Shown here piece after piece: positions 23,287 to 34,936 of a stretch of DNA of 64,000 nt. The stretch is from contig NC_135767.1 in assembly GCF_052425735.1 (NCBI RefSeq), positions 6,386,001 to 6,450,000 of the forward strand. The letters are read 5' to 3'. This DNA is from Oculina patagonica. Lineage: Eukaryota. The position numbers were made by a program, and so were the translations under genes. Below the pieces are notes generated by a model. That model searched no databases and was not told where the DNA came from. It saw only the letters and a program-made list of their open reading frames with translations. How positions within the stretch are numbered: the first letter of the stretch is position 1; each line of letters begins with the position of its first letter.

Positions 23287-26200
23287 AAGCACGCCTCAAG
23301 AATATATCATTGTAGTTTTGTATTCCTGCGCCTTCCGACAGCTCTGTAATGTGGTGTAACAATCTTGAAATGTCAACTTATGATCCAATGTGGAGAGTTG
23401 TATGTCCAAAATGTCGGCCACGAATATCTTCTGTCAGCAAATGTGAAACTGGACGACATTTTAAACTGCCGTAAAATTGCAAAAATAATCCCCCCGAAAT
23501 CGCATGCGCAAAAAATCCTATCTAAACTAAACCCTCCCAAATATAAGCTCATGCGCTTATATTTAGTTAGCGCATTTATAGAAAGGTTTAACTTTTCCCA
23601 CTATAAGCGTCTATTGTTGAGCTTTTTTACGTTGTTAGAAAATGCTTAGAGCGACTGTAGGGCTTGTTTTGGGTGTTATATCGTTAGGTTTAAATAGTTT
23701 TATTATTTGGTATTCTTGTATGCACAGTATCACGGCCAAATAGAAAGAGAGAATTTTGAAACACAAATTTCCATCCGAAATTAACCCCCCCCCCCCCCCG
23801 TATATAAGCCCTCCCAGAAAATAAGCCTACCTGAATTGGGTGTTAATCACATATATAAGCACAGAGCTAATTTTCGGATTATTACGGTAATTATTGTAAA
23901 ACGCATTATGAGTAACGTTCAAGTATTTAGCCATAAGTAAAGTTTCAGTAGTGGGGTCTTAATTTAGCGACAAAAGAGGGTAGGGTTAAGATGTTTTCAA
24001 CTTCAGTAATTGATAAATTTACTATTATTCTATTTAGGATAGGTTTTTTATTACCTTTTCTACAAACATGAGAAATATATAAACGATATTTTTTACCCTG
24101 TGAAATATTTTGATACGGTTATTATCTCGCGTGTCGTGCGTGTAGCGTGTCATTGCGCGTGTACATTCGCAGTATTAGAAGGTGGCGTTGCGCAAAAAGA
24201 AGTCCCTCAAAAAGATGATTGCGCAAAAATTTAAGTTGTCATATCAGCACATATTTGAACAAGTTTAAAACTTACGTTTGACTCAAGGGAAACGAAGGGT
24301 CAACACTTTATTTGGTTACAACTTTTAAATCAGTCTCGCTGGGAATTCGAATCTGTGATTTGGACAGTGAAATCGGTAAAATTGAAACTTAAAATTGTGG
24401 AAAATCGCGAAAATGTATTGTCGTTAGAATATTAATATTGCACTACCAAAGTCTCAAAATTAACTTGCCGGGAAAATTTCCAGTAATAATGTAATTGATG
24501 GTGGGTGGGCCGGTTATTAGAGCCGGAAAAATGTGTTAGTGTTAGCGAAGAACGTTAAATAGTCATAACTACTTAGTGGTTCGTAGATGTAAATATAAAA
24601 AGAGGTATATATTAACTAGGTGTATTTTTGCAGTAATACTATTATTAGGTGCTGATACACGATGAGAGACATATATGGGTTGTGACATGCCCCTTTTACA
24701 TTTTCTTGTGAGTGTACATGTGATTTTTGCCCCTGCTTCATGTCCCTGCGACATGGCCTTGCAACAAGTCCCTTTCTGTGTCAGTTGGTGTCAGTACTCT
24801 TAAACACAAGTTAAATTAGGAATAAAGGTAATTAACTATACAGAAACAGTAATGTTCAGAATTAAGGGTAGTTTATGAGAATTCTGAATTTTTTTAATGT
24901 TCTAACAACTGCACTACAAAGACAGATAGACGGAATGAGTCTAGGTTATCGCGAGATTCGTAGGTAAAATATAAATCAATTTTCGTTGTCCTCGGCGTAG
25001 TTTTCCTGGGTACTTGAAGTCTGATATCAGTTGTGGGGCCGGGGGGCGTCAAACCTGCAAACCTGCTTGTTTATCTTGTTTTCTTTCTAGCCATTTACCT
25101 GTAAAGCGAATGTACTACATTCAATTTTCTATATTTTGTAAACCTAAGATGAAGCAAAACATTGTTAAAGTATTGTTTTCTTATGAGGGATGCAATAACA
25201 CTTTGAACACGGTTAATTGAAATTGTAAAATGGGAAATAATATTGATATCTTAGCAATATCCGAGAACCATTTTACCACACTGAGTTGATAGAGTAGGCC
25301 TTGTATTTCAATTTTATATCCACATGCATTTATCAATATAAAAATTATGTTTTAACCTTTGAGTCCCAATGTGGAGACCTTCTGGTCAATAACAGGTTTA
25401 AATGCCTCTATTGCTGGGTTTCACTAGCACACTAAGATAATCCTTGAATAAAAGAAGTCAAGAAGTTAAAATGTCATAGAAGGTTAATCTCGATTTAATA
25501 GATACCATATATAATAGATAATTCTCTTCTTGTCCGAGTATCAGGTCTATGCGGTATTCCGTACTCGAGTTATTCGTCAAAATGTTCTTCAAATTTATGG
25601 AACTCGGTATTTGTGTCCGCTTAGGGGCACCAATATGGCGGCCGGAAATCAATGAGAACATCTGGAATTTACCTTTGCCATAAAACAAGGGAACATGACC
25701 ATAAGATAATTCGGAACAAGGTAGGAACGAAAGGAAAATAAAACTGGGAACAAGGGAACAAAAGCTGTTTTACTGATATTTTAGGGAACATGGATCACAA
25801 AAATAGACAAAATACTTTTAGGGAACAAGGGAAGTCAAGGGAATTTTTGGGGAACAAGGAAACATCTTCCCCTGGGAGGGGCTCATTTTGACGTCGCGTT
25901 GAAACAAAGAAATGATTGTTACATAACATCTTTGCTCATTTATTCCGAGGGCTTGGACGACTAGACGCTTCCTTCTGTTTTACAGCAAATTTATGGCGGG
26001 AGTAAACGTAAAGGCCATGCTTTTGCCTCTTAACATGGGTTTCTAGAGATATCTCGTTCGCGCTTCAAGCAGTGCAAAAACCCTATGCTCATCGCATAAA
26101 TCTATGTTTGGGGGTGTTTTGTAAATTTTTGGGTGATTTTTTAGGAAGTAGGTTTTCTCAAAGGATTTGTAAAATTTAGAGAAATTAGAATTAAAGTAAA

Positions 26201-28249
26201 ATTGGTGGAAGGCCACCAATCGGTCCCCTGAAAACCTGGGGTGCTCTTTCGGGGGATTAAACTGTCTGGTGGCGTTCCGAAACTATTTTTCTTTTCTACC
26301 CTTCCTTTAAACCTCCCAAATTTCACTAAAATTTACGTTTAGTCCGCCTTAAGCAGGCAGCTCAAAGACATGTTTTGATTTAAAACGAAATTCTCCCAGA
26401 AGTATGACCTATTTGAACTGCAGAAAGAGAATTTCAGTCCTGATGTAATGGCTAAACGGTGTTTCTGTTTGTAAACGATGGTGTGTTGTCGAAGAGATAA
26501 AGTACTTGCTAACTGTTTGCGATTATTCCTAACTTCTTTTCCTTAAAATTTGCTTCAGTAAACATGCTCATTGCAAAACTTTCGCAAATAACCGTTGGAG
26601 ATATGTTGCGGGAATGTTGATAACAGTAAAGAAAGAAAAGAAAACACCTTGCTTTAATTGTAACTCTGCAAAATATCTACGTTCCACATACGTCTTAACA
26701 TTGACTTCTCTACGTTCCAAATCCATTCACAAGAGAGCCTGAATGAAAAAGGCCCCTTTTAAGAGTCTGTTTTTATACTGTTCAAGGAAGTTTTTTGGTA
26801 CTTAAGAGGAGATCTGTCCTGGATAATGCTCAGTAATTTTATGACCCGGAAACGCCTGCTTTTGTGGGGGAAAGTCTCGACACTGTTCTAAGAGGTATAC
26901 GTAATTTTTTTGGCCCCAAAGTAGAGATCTTTCTTGGGTATTTTTAAAGCTACTTTTATGATCCGAAAGGTTTGTCTTGGCGCTATCTTGACCACTGTGT
27001 GATCGTGCTAACTAAAATCCACATAACAGAGTAAACTATTGTAATCGTTACCTTTTACACTGTAGTTATAGAAGCTGCTTTTCCGGCTACTTCGCTGTGC
27101 GCTGATAGTACATCCGTGGCGTCAACATATCATTCAAGGCTTTAACGGTAACTAAAGTAGGGAAAAGAAATGTAGATGAGCCTGCGTAGCAGTCGATTCC
27201 TTTCCAAGTGCACGGAGTGAACGAACGAAAGACATTCGTTCGTTTCAGATATGTCCAGGATCGAACGTTAATGAGATGCACGTTGCTCATGACAGACATC
27301 ACGAAGTGTCCTCATTAATAAAAGTTCACCAAAACACATCAAAATCTGTCAAATATGAAATAATATGAAAATGTCAAATACCACAGTCAAACATGAAGTA
27401 CTCATAAGTGGAATCCTATAGACTTGCACTGTTTATTACCACAATCCTTTGTATGCCATGTTGTACATGCTTGGATTCCTGTTTCATTTTTACGCCGTGA
27501 GTGCCAGGCTGCAATCTTACATGAAAGAAAATAAGCAGTCGTAAGTAATACATCTCTAGGATTATGCATATATGGATAAATTACCCGAGTATAACCGAAC
27601 AAATAATAAACAAAGCAAAGTTATTACGGAAATTCCCGATTTTTAAAATGGCCGCCATGATGTAACGTCACATGGTTATCAAATTTGATAACGAACCCGA
27701 ACTGTCATGGTAGTAATGTAGTAAATAAAAAGCTCAAAAGATCTTTCTGCTCATTTTAATTACCTTAGCTTAAGCAATAGGAGGAATTGATAGAGAGAGG
27801 GTACTTATTAGAGAGTGGGAAAGCCTTAGTTTACCGCCATTTCACTTCAACTTACAACTGGAACACAATTCATTATACTGTAATGACGTTACAAGATTCA
27901 AATGCATACAAGCGACCCTGCTTAGGATATCTGTGGGTGGAAAGGAGATGTTTGCTGTCCCTGGGCTAACCCTGCAAAGATAATATTATATCAATTATGA
28001 ATGAAAGCCAACTCTACTATGTGTAAATAATTTAAGTGACCCTAATGTCCCCTTAACCAACCAAAAAGGCTGGTTCACACGTCCGTTTTGCATATTAGAC
28101 GCTTTCACACCAACCAATATTTTTTTCATTTACTTCTTTGGTTAATAGATCAATCATAAAACAAAACCTCATCAGCTAGAATTTCCGAATCTGACGAGCT
28201 TTCAACTTTCTTCAGCAAAGCACAACTCGACGTTTTGCCTAAATATCAG

Positions 28250-30680
28250 AATTCAGTTCCATTTCTGAAGTACAAATTCGAGTTGTGAATTTTTTGGTGA
28301 AGCGCATTTCAGATGTGTAAGGTGAAACTCTGACCTGAGAAGTTGAGTAAAGCACAATTCGGATTTGTCAGTTAAAGACCAAGTTGTGAATTTTTTTAAG
28401 CACAACTTCAATTTGTAAAGCAAAAATCCAAGTTGCGAATTTTGTAAATTACAATTTCGATTTCAAAAGTAAATATCCAAGTTATGAATTTTAAAAATCA
28501 CGATTTCGATGTCTAAACTAAAAATCCAAGTTGTGAATTTTTTAATCACAATTTCGATTTCTAAGCTAAAAATCAAAGTTTTGAATTTTTTAAATCACAA
28601 TTTCGATTTCTAAAGTAAAAATCAAAGTTGTGAGTTTTTGAAATCACAATTTCGATTTCTAAACTTAAAATCCAAGTTGTGAATTTTGAAAAATAACAAT
28701 TTCGATTTCTCAAGTAAAAATCCAGTTGTGACTTTGTAAATCATAATTCGGATTTCTAAACTAAAAATCCAAATTCTGAATTTTGTAAAATCACAATTTC
28801 AATTTCTCAAGTAAAAATCTAGTTGTGAATATTTGTAAATCATAATTTGGATTTCTAAACTAAAAATCCAAGCTGTGAATTTTGTAAAATCACAATTTCG
28901 ATGTCTAAAGTAAAAATCAAAGTTGTGAATTTTGTAAATCACAGTTTTGATTTTTAAACTTAAAATCCAAGTTCAGTGTGTATTTTGAAAATCACAATTT
29001 GAATTTCTAAAGTAAAAAAATCCGTGGCACTTTCCGCCATTTCGTTTTTCGTTTGATTCATTTGGTTGGTAAAACTGAATATCTCTTTATTTTATATTTT
29101 CCGTTTTCGATAGTAGGATTGATTTTTGATAATTTTATCATGTGCTTTCTCCGTTTTTTCATATTTCCTTTTTCTGGGACCGTCTTATCCTTTATCCTTT
29201 TACCTTTTTCTTTATTCAATTTTCTATTTTCCCTTTATCAATATTTCGTTTTTCTTTTTTTCCTTTTTCCTTTTTCCTTTTTCCTTTTTTCTTTTTACCG
29301 TCTTCCTTTTTACTTTTTTCTTTATTCTCTTTTCTCCTTTTCCTTTTTCTGTATTCCTTTTTCATTTTATCTTTTTTCCTTTTCCTTTCTTCAATTTTTT
29401 TTCTTTCTCTCCATCGCATACCCAGTAACCTTTGCTGGCAAATTTTGCGCCATTTTCCGATTTCGCCATTTCCATGTGCGCTTCATTTGGTGCCTAGTGG
29501 TCTTCATGATCAAACTCTGACATGGAGAACTTTGTGCAAGTCCAAAGCGGAGTTTAAGTTGTTAAAGTAAAGCTCAATAATGACACGATTACTTTGTTGT
29601 CCAAGGTGTTTAGCCTGCAGGCCGAAACGATCTATCTAATCGGTGATGACAGTGTGGTAATGCCCACAATAGAAAAAAGGAGAAAAGAAAAAAAATAAAG
29701 AGTAAAGAAAAAAGGAAAAAGGTAAAACAAAAAACGGAATAAAGGAAAAAGGAAAATAGGAATAAAGAAAAACGAAAAAAGAAAAAGATAAATGAAATAT
29801 TAAAAAAGGAATAAAGAAAAGGATTAATCGGAACCAGAAAAAAGAATATGATTATTTATTAAAAAGAAAAGAGGAAAAAGGATAAAGCACAGGATAAAAT
29901 TATCAAAAACTTATCGCACTATCGAGAACGGAAAATATAAAATAAAGAGACATTCAGTTTTACGAACCAAACTAACCAAGCGAAAAACGAAATGGCGGAA
30001 AGTGCCACGGATTTAAAAAATCCAGATTGTAATTTAATTTTCAAGGAAACCGCAGTTCGGATATCAGAGTTTTGAATTTTTTTAAATCACAATTTCGATA
30101 TCTAAACTAAAAATCCAAATTCTGAATTTTGTAAAATCACAATTTCAATTTCTCAAGTAAAAATCCAGTTGTGAATTTTGTAAATCATAATTTGGATTTC
30201 TAAACTAAAAATCCAAATTCTGAATTTTGTAAAATCACAATTTCAATTTCTCAAGTAAAAATGCAGTTGTGAATTTTGTAAATCATAATTTGAATTTCTA
30301 AACTAAAAATCCAAGCTGTGAATTTTGTAAAATCACAATTTCGATTTCTAAAGTAAAAATCAAAGTTGTGAATTTTGTAAATCACAGTTTTGATTTTTAA
30401 ATTTAAAATCCAAGTTCAGTGTGTATTTTTAAAATCACAATTTGAATTTCTAAAGTAAAAAATCCAGATTGTAATTTAATTTTCAAGGAAACCGCAGTTC
30501 GGATATCACAAGTAGAAATCCAAGTTGTGAATTTCCAGGGGAGTAAATAAAGTACAATTCGGATTTCTGCAAAAAAAATCCGACTTGTGATTTTGGTAAC
30601 ACACAACTCGTAGTTCTCAGTTACAAAATCCGAATTCTGGTTACACAAAACTCGCATTTGTGCAAAAACAATTCTAGCTA
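28250..30680. repeat. ~49-bp AT-rich satellite made of alternately inverted half-units; interrupted by the element at 29019-30013
   Basis: tcaca recurs at 28546, 28595 and 28644. Unit TCACAATTTCGATTTCTAAAGTAAAAATCCAAGTTGTGAATTTTGTAAA, in which TCACAATTTCGATTT is approximately the reverse complement of AAATCCAAGTTGTGA. Confidence 0.9.
29019..30013. mobile_element. Foldback non-autonomous DNA transposon, copy A (995 bp), 6-bp TSD TAAAAA
   Basis: AATCCGTGGCACTTTCCGCCATTTCGTTTT ... AAAACGAAATGGCGGAAAGTGCCACGGATT, with ~350-400-bp imperfect T-rich/A-rich arms. TAAAAA at 29013-18 and 30014-19. The empty site is visible in the duplicate block at ~30450-30470. Confidence 0.9.
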
Positions 30681-30847
30681 CAAATTAAACAAAACATTCA
30701 CATCCAACAATCCGAGTAGTAAATTTATGCAAACTAACAACTTTAACTTTGCACTAAGATTGCACTTTGTGTATTTTGAGGAATATGCAACTCTGATCTC
30801 TTTGCTAAAAATCTGAGAAGTGGAAAGGAAAAAAAATGTCCCATAAA

Positions 30848-32215
30848 AATCCGTGGCACTTTCCGCCAATTCGTTTTTCGTTTGATTCATTTGGTTGGTA
30901 AAACTGAAATCTCTTTATTTTATATTTTCCGTTTTCGATAGTTGGATTAATTTTTGATAATTTTATCCTGTGCTTTCTCCGTTTTTTATATTTCTTTTTT
31001 CTGGTACCGTCTAATCATTTATCCTTTTACCCTTTTCTTTATTCAAATTTCTATTTTCTCTTTATCAATATTTCGTTTTTCTTTTTTCTTTTTTCTCTTT
31101 TCCTTTTTCCTTTTTTCTCTATTTCTTTTTTCTTTTTACCTTCTTCCTTTTACTTTTTTCTTTTCTTTTTTTCTCAATCGCATACCCAGTAACCTTTACT
31201 CGCAAATTTCGCGCCATTTTTCGCCATTTCCATGTGAGCTTCATTTGTTGCCTAGTGGTCTTCATGATCAAACTCTGACGTGGAGAACTTTGTGCAAGTC
31301 CAAAGCGGAGAACAAGGTCTTAAAGAAAAGCTCAATAATAGCACGATTACTGTGTTGTCCAAGGTGTTTAGCCTGCAGGCCGAAACGATCTATCTAATCG
31401 GTGATGACAGTGTGGTAATGCCCGATCCAGACACAATTTTCAATGTTGCGGACATATTATCCTCAATTTGTTACATACGAAGTACATGGTCAGCAAATAA
31501 CTCGCAAGCCCGACCCCATCGACAAGTTACCCGTACCCCTTGAAAATCGTTTTTCGTACCAATCATCTTACTTGGCCGCCGGCACAAGCGGCAAAAAGAG
31601 AGTAACCAGCTGCAGTAAGAAACTGTCGCTTCCCTCGCGACCGGATTTTACTTTCAAGTCAAGGAGAGAACATGGGCAAACTTAGAAATGGCGCAAGAAT
31701 ATTATTATCTCCGAAGTTGTGGATGGTAAACCTTCACCCATCTATCAGATATACCTCACTGTCAGTAAATGAAACAGCGTCGGTCGAGCAAGTCGCACGA
31801 ATGGTGGAAGAGGAGGTTGCAACACGTGTCATGCTGCCTTCTGAATCAACAATAGGAAAAAGGAGAAAAGAAAAATAAATAAATAGAAAAGAAAATAGTA
31901 AAAAGAAAAAAGGTAAAACGAAAAACGGAATAAAGGAAAAAGGAATAAAGGAAAATAGGAATAAAGAAAAACGAAAAACGAAAAAAGATAAATGAAAAAT
32001 TTAAAAAAGGAATAAAGAAAAGGATAAAGCGGAACCAGAAAAAAGAATATGATAATTTAATAAAAAGGAAAGAGAAAAAATGGATAAAGCACAGGATAAA
32101 ATTTTCAAAACCTCATCGCACTATCGAGAACGGAAAATATAAAGTAAAGAGATATTCAGGTTTTCGAACCCAACTAACCAAGCGAAAAATGAAATGGCGG
32201 AAAGTGCCACGGATT
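30848..32215. mobile_element. Foldback non-autonomous DNA transposon, copy B (1368 bp), 6-bp TSD CATAAA
   Basis: Same termini as copy A; CATAAA at 30842-47 and 32216-21; longer internal cargo. Confidence 0.9.
31280..31850 (+). pseudogene. Decayed ORF carried inside foldback copy B
   Basis: Protein-like segments joined by frameshifts and an in-frame TAG (31683-85): (M)ENFVQVQSG..SKVFSLQAETIYLIGDDSVVMPDPDT / QFVTYEVHGQ..REHGQT*KWRKNIIISEVVDGKPSPIYQIYL / NETASVEQVARMVEEEV. The ATG is preserved in copy A (29522-24). Confidence 0.6.
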
Positions 32216-32314
32216 CATAAAGCCGCGGTTCCACTGGGCTCCATAATCAACACGTGACTAACAAACACAAGAGGCTTGGGACCAAGTGTAAACCGAATGT
32301 AACACGTGACCTAC

Positions 32315-32380
32315 CATTACAGTTTGGTTTCTTCATTACAGCTGCCATATTGTGAGGATCAGAGGAGCAGTCTTGCTTTT
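32315..32380 (-). pseudogene. Fused (chimeric) exon relic of a second copy of the multidomain gene
   Basis: caacag|AAAAGCAAGACTGCTCCTCTGATCCTCACAATATGGCAGCTGTAATGAAGAAACCAAACTGTAATG|gtaggt. The 5' end plus ~70 bp of upstream intron match exon 36292-36378. The 3' end (DCSSDPHNMAAVMKK) matches the end of exon 35266-35889 (DCSFDPENMAAVMQK). Confidence 0.75.
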
Positions 32381-32599
32381 CTGTTGAAAACAAGCGAGTT
32401 TCCAAATAAGATCATTTTGCAATTCCTTATACGTACTATATCTTATACTAGGAATTTCATAATGAAAGTGAGTGCTGGCTAGATCGAGGAATTAACGATT
32501 ACACTACATTATTTCTGAAGTTTGGAGGTACAGTATGTTAATGAATGGCTTGTTTGGAGTTCTGGATTTCATTTTTGGCGATTATTAAAGAAACAATCG

Positions 32600-33480
32600 T
32601 AGAAAAAAGCATATGAATTTTCCATATCTTCCTAAAAATCAAATAATGGTCCTGACCCGTACGAGAAAATAAAGCAGAATTCACACAATCATACACAGAA
32701 AGCTGTGACCTCGAGCAGCTTGCAAAAGCGGAAAAATCGTATACAATTTCGCTTTAAAATATATCCAACAATGTAACGATGTTCAAGAGCACATTGAACG
32801 CTGAATAGTATAAAAAGGTACAATTATAAAATGAAGCAGATGTTCTCCCTATCTCCAGTAAAAGTTCTTCGCTGTTACTGAAGCTATTAAAAGAGTAATT
32901 TTGTCGTGCTTCTTTAAAGTTGACCCAAGCTTCAGTTGCAATAATATAACCGCATTCAATAGCATATTCAATGTTTTACACAATCGTAATGGCATAAAAA
33001 AAAAAATAGAGCACATGAATTTTCCGTATCTCCCTAAAAATCAAACAATGGTCTCGCGACTGAAATAGAGAAAAATTTACACAGTCACACGCCACAAGTT
33101 GTTACTCAGAGGATCTCTCAGAGCAGCTTTCAAAAGCGGGAAAATAGCATTCAATTTCGCTTTAAAATACGCCAAACAATATAACGGTGTTCAATACGTA
33201 TTAAAAGGTAAAAAGTATTAAAAAGGCTTAATAGAAGAACTTAGCAGATGCTGTTCCCTATCTCCAAAAAACATCGGAAGCATTTCTGTAACGTTACAAT
33301 GTATGGACCTTTTGCTGTGACTAAATGTACTAAGACAAAAAAAAGTTGTACTTTCGTCGGGCTGCTTGAAATTCGGCCCAAATTCGGTTAACAATGGTTC
33401 TAACAAAAAGAAGCATTCAACAGCATATTCGGTTTTCAACGCTATTAAGATGAAGTTTACATATCTCCCAAAAAATCAAA
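32600..33480. repeat. Degenerate local tandem duplication (~400-bp period)
   Basis: atgaattttccatatcttcctaaaaatcaaa-like at ~32613, ~33016 and ~33450; gagcagctt..aaaagcgg at ~32713 and ~33121. Confidence 0.7.
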
Positions 33481-33989
33481 CAATTATTTACTGTATGCTT
33501 TTAATAAACACTTCTTCACGCAATCGTGTGACAAACGGTAATACAGGCTATCGTGTGACATAATAAAAATATACAGAATCGTAGACCGCATGCGCTAAAT
33601 CTGACATCCAAAATTTGGCTCCGAACCTCATACACAACACAGAATACCCAACACACACAGGACTGCCAGAATAGTGTGCTGTCTCGCTAAGGCGGGCCAG
33701 CAACAAGTTTGTTGTTGCTACTTGCTTTCGATTTTGTTGTTGTTAATGTTAATGTTGTCGCATGGTACTTGAGCAGTTTGAAACACACACAGAAAGAATT
33801 AAAGCAGAGGCGGCGGAGCGTTAATTTTGAAACGTGTGAGGGCCCATCGTACTCCAAGCCAAGCACATACCCCCCACCCCCGGGGGGGACGCATCCCCCC
33901 ACCTAAATTTTCAAATGCTTTTTACAGTGTCCGGTGTGTCCGTAATCGATTTGTGACAATCCATAACTAGGCAGTACAGACGATCTTAC

Positions 33990-34897
33990 TTCATGGTGCT
34001 TTTTGGGTTGTTCTTTAGACGCCGGAGGGTAGAAAATGTATGCTTTGAAGTCGCCGATGCCTGTCAAATACAATCTTAACAGATTGTTGACTTTTCCTAG
34101 TAGCGTTTTGGGGAAAGGAGTTTTGTTGAAAGTTCTACATCATATTATCCCGCCAAGCACTGTCCTGATAAAACGATTTTTATCTTGACAAACAATTGTA
34201 TGCGGCACTAGCGATACTTTTGGCACTGAAATGTGGTGGGGGGGGGGGGGAGGAGGGCTGACCCCCCAAAAAATTTTGTTGGGGGCTACGGCCCCCCCTG
34301 CCCCCTGCTCCGCCGCCTATGTAAAGTTTTCAAAATTAAAAGGACACGACACATGACATCAAATAGATGACTGAGAACAACAGAAACTAGTAGGACAACT
34401 TGGAGGGAAATCACTTCACGAGACGAGACTGCTTGTGTCAGAGAACAAACCTTCTAAAACGAGTAAAGCCGGTTTAGATAAACTGCTTGTCAAATATGTC
34501 GCGAAGCTGCAATAATAATCGCCTTGATCCTCATATTGAAAGCTGTCAATCTTCAATTGGCTTCCATATCGTTCCATTGACGTTCCGTTCTTAAACCACG
34601 TGATCTTCACTTGTAGTGGACTGGACGCGTTGCATGTCAATATGGCTGGGGCGTTCTCCTTTAACGTCTGGGGGACTGGGTTTAAGGTGACTATCGGTGG
34701 ACCTACATAGAGCAAAATAATAAACCAGTATTTTTATGACTAGCTAATTACAAACAAAAAATAAACAACAAACGAGCCATCAACAAAGAAAAACAAACAG
34801 ACAGGCCGACAAACTAACAAATAACTACACAACCAAACAATAAAGACAGCCAGGCGAACAGACAAACAGGCAGGCGAACAGACAAACAGGCAGGCGA

Positions 34898-34936
<39 letters not shown>

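Noticed and set aside
27413-27478. Cys-containing minus-strand segment GIQACTTWHTKDCGNKQCKSIGFHL* as a terminal exon
   Set aside because: Weak polypyrimidine tract and no recognisable homology; it cannot be linked to a gene.
29053-29570. Phe-rich 'membrane protein' ORFs and a Lys/Glu-rich antisense ORF (also 30954-31397)
   Set aside because: Products of the low-complexity T-rich arms of the foldback elements.
33687-33902. Possible terminal exon of the multidomain gene (AG acceptor, compatible phase)
   Set aside because: It lies in a GC-rich repeat-like insert and the peptide is not domain-like; unsupported without transcripts.
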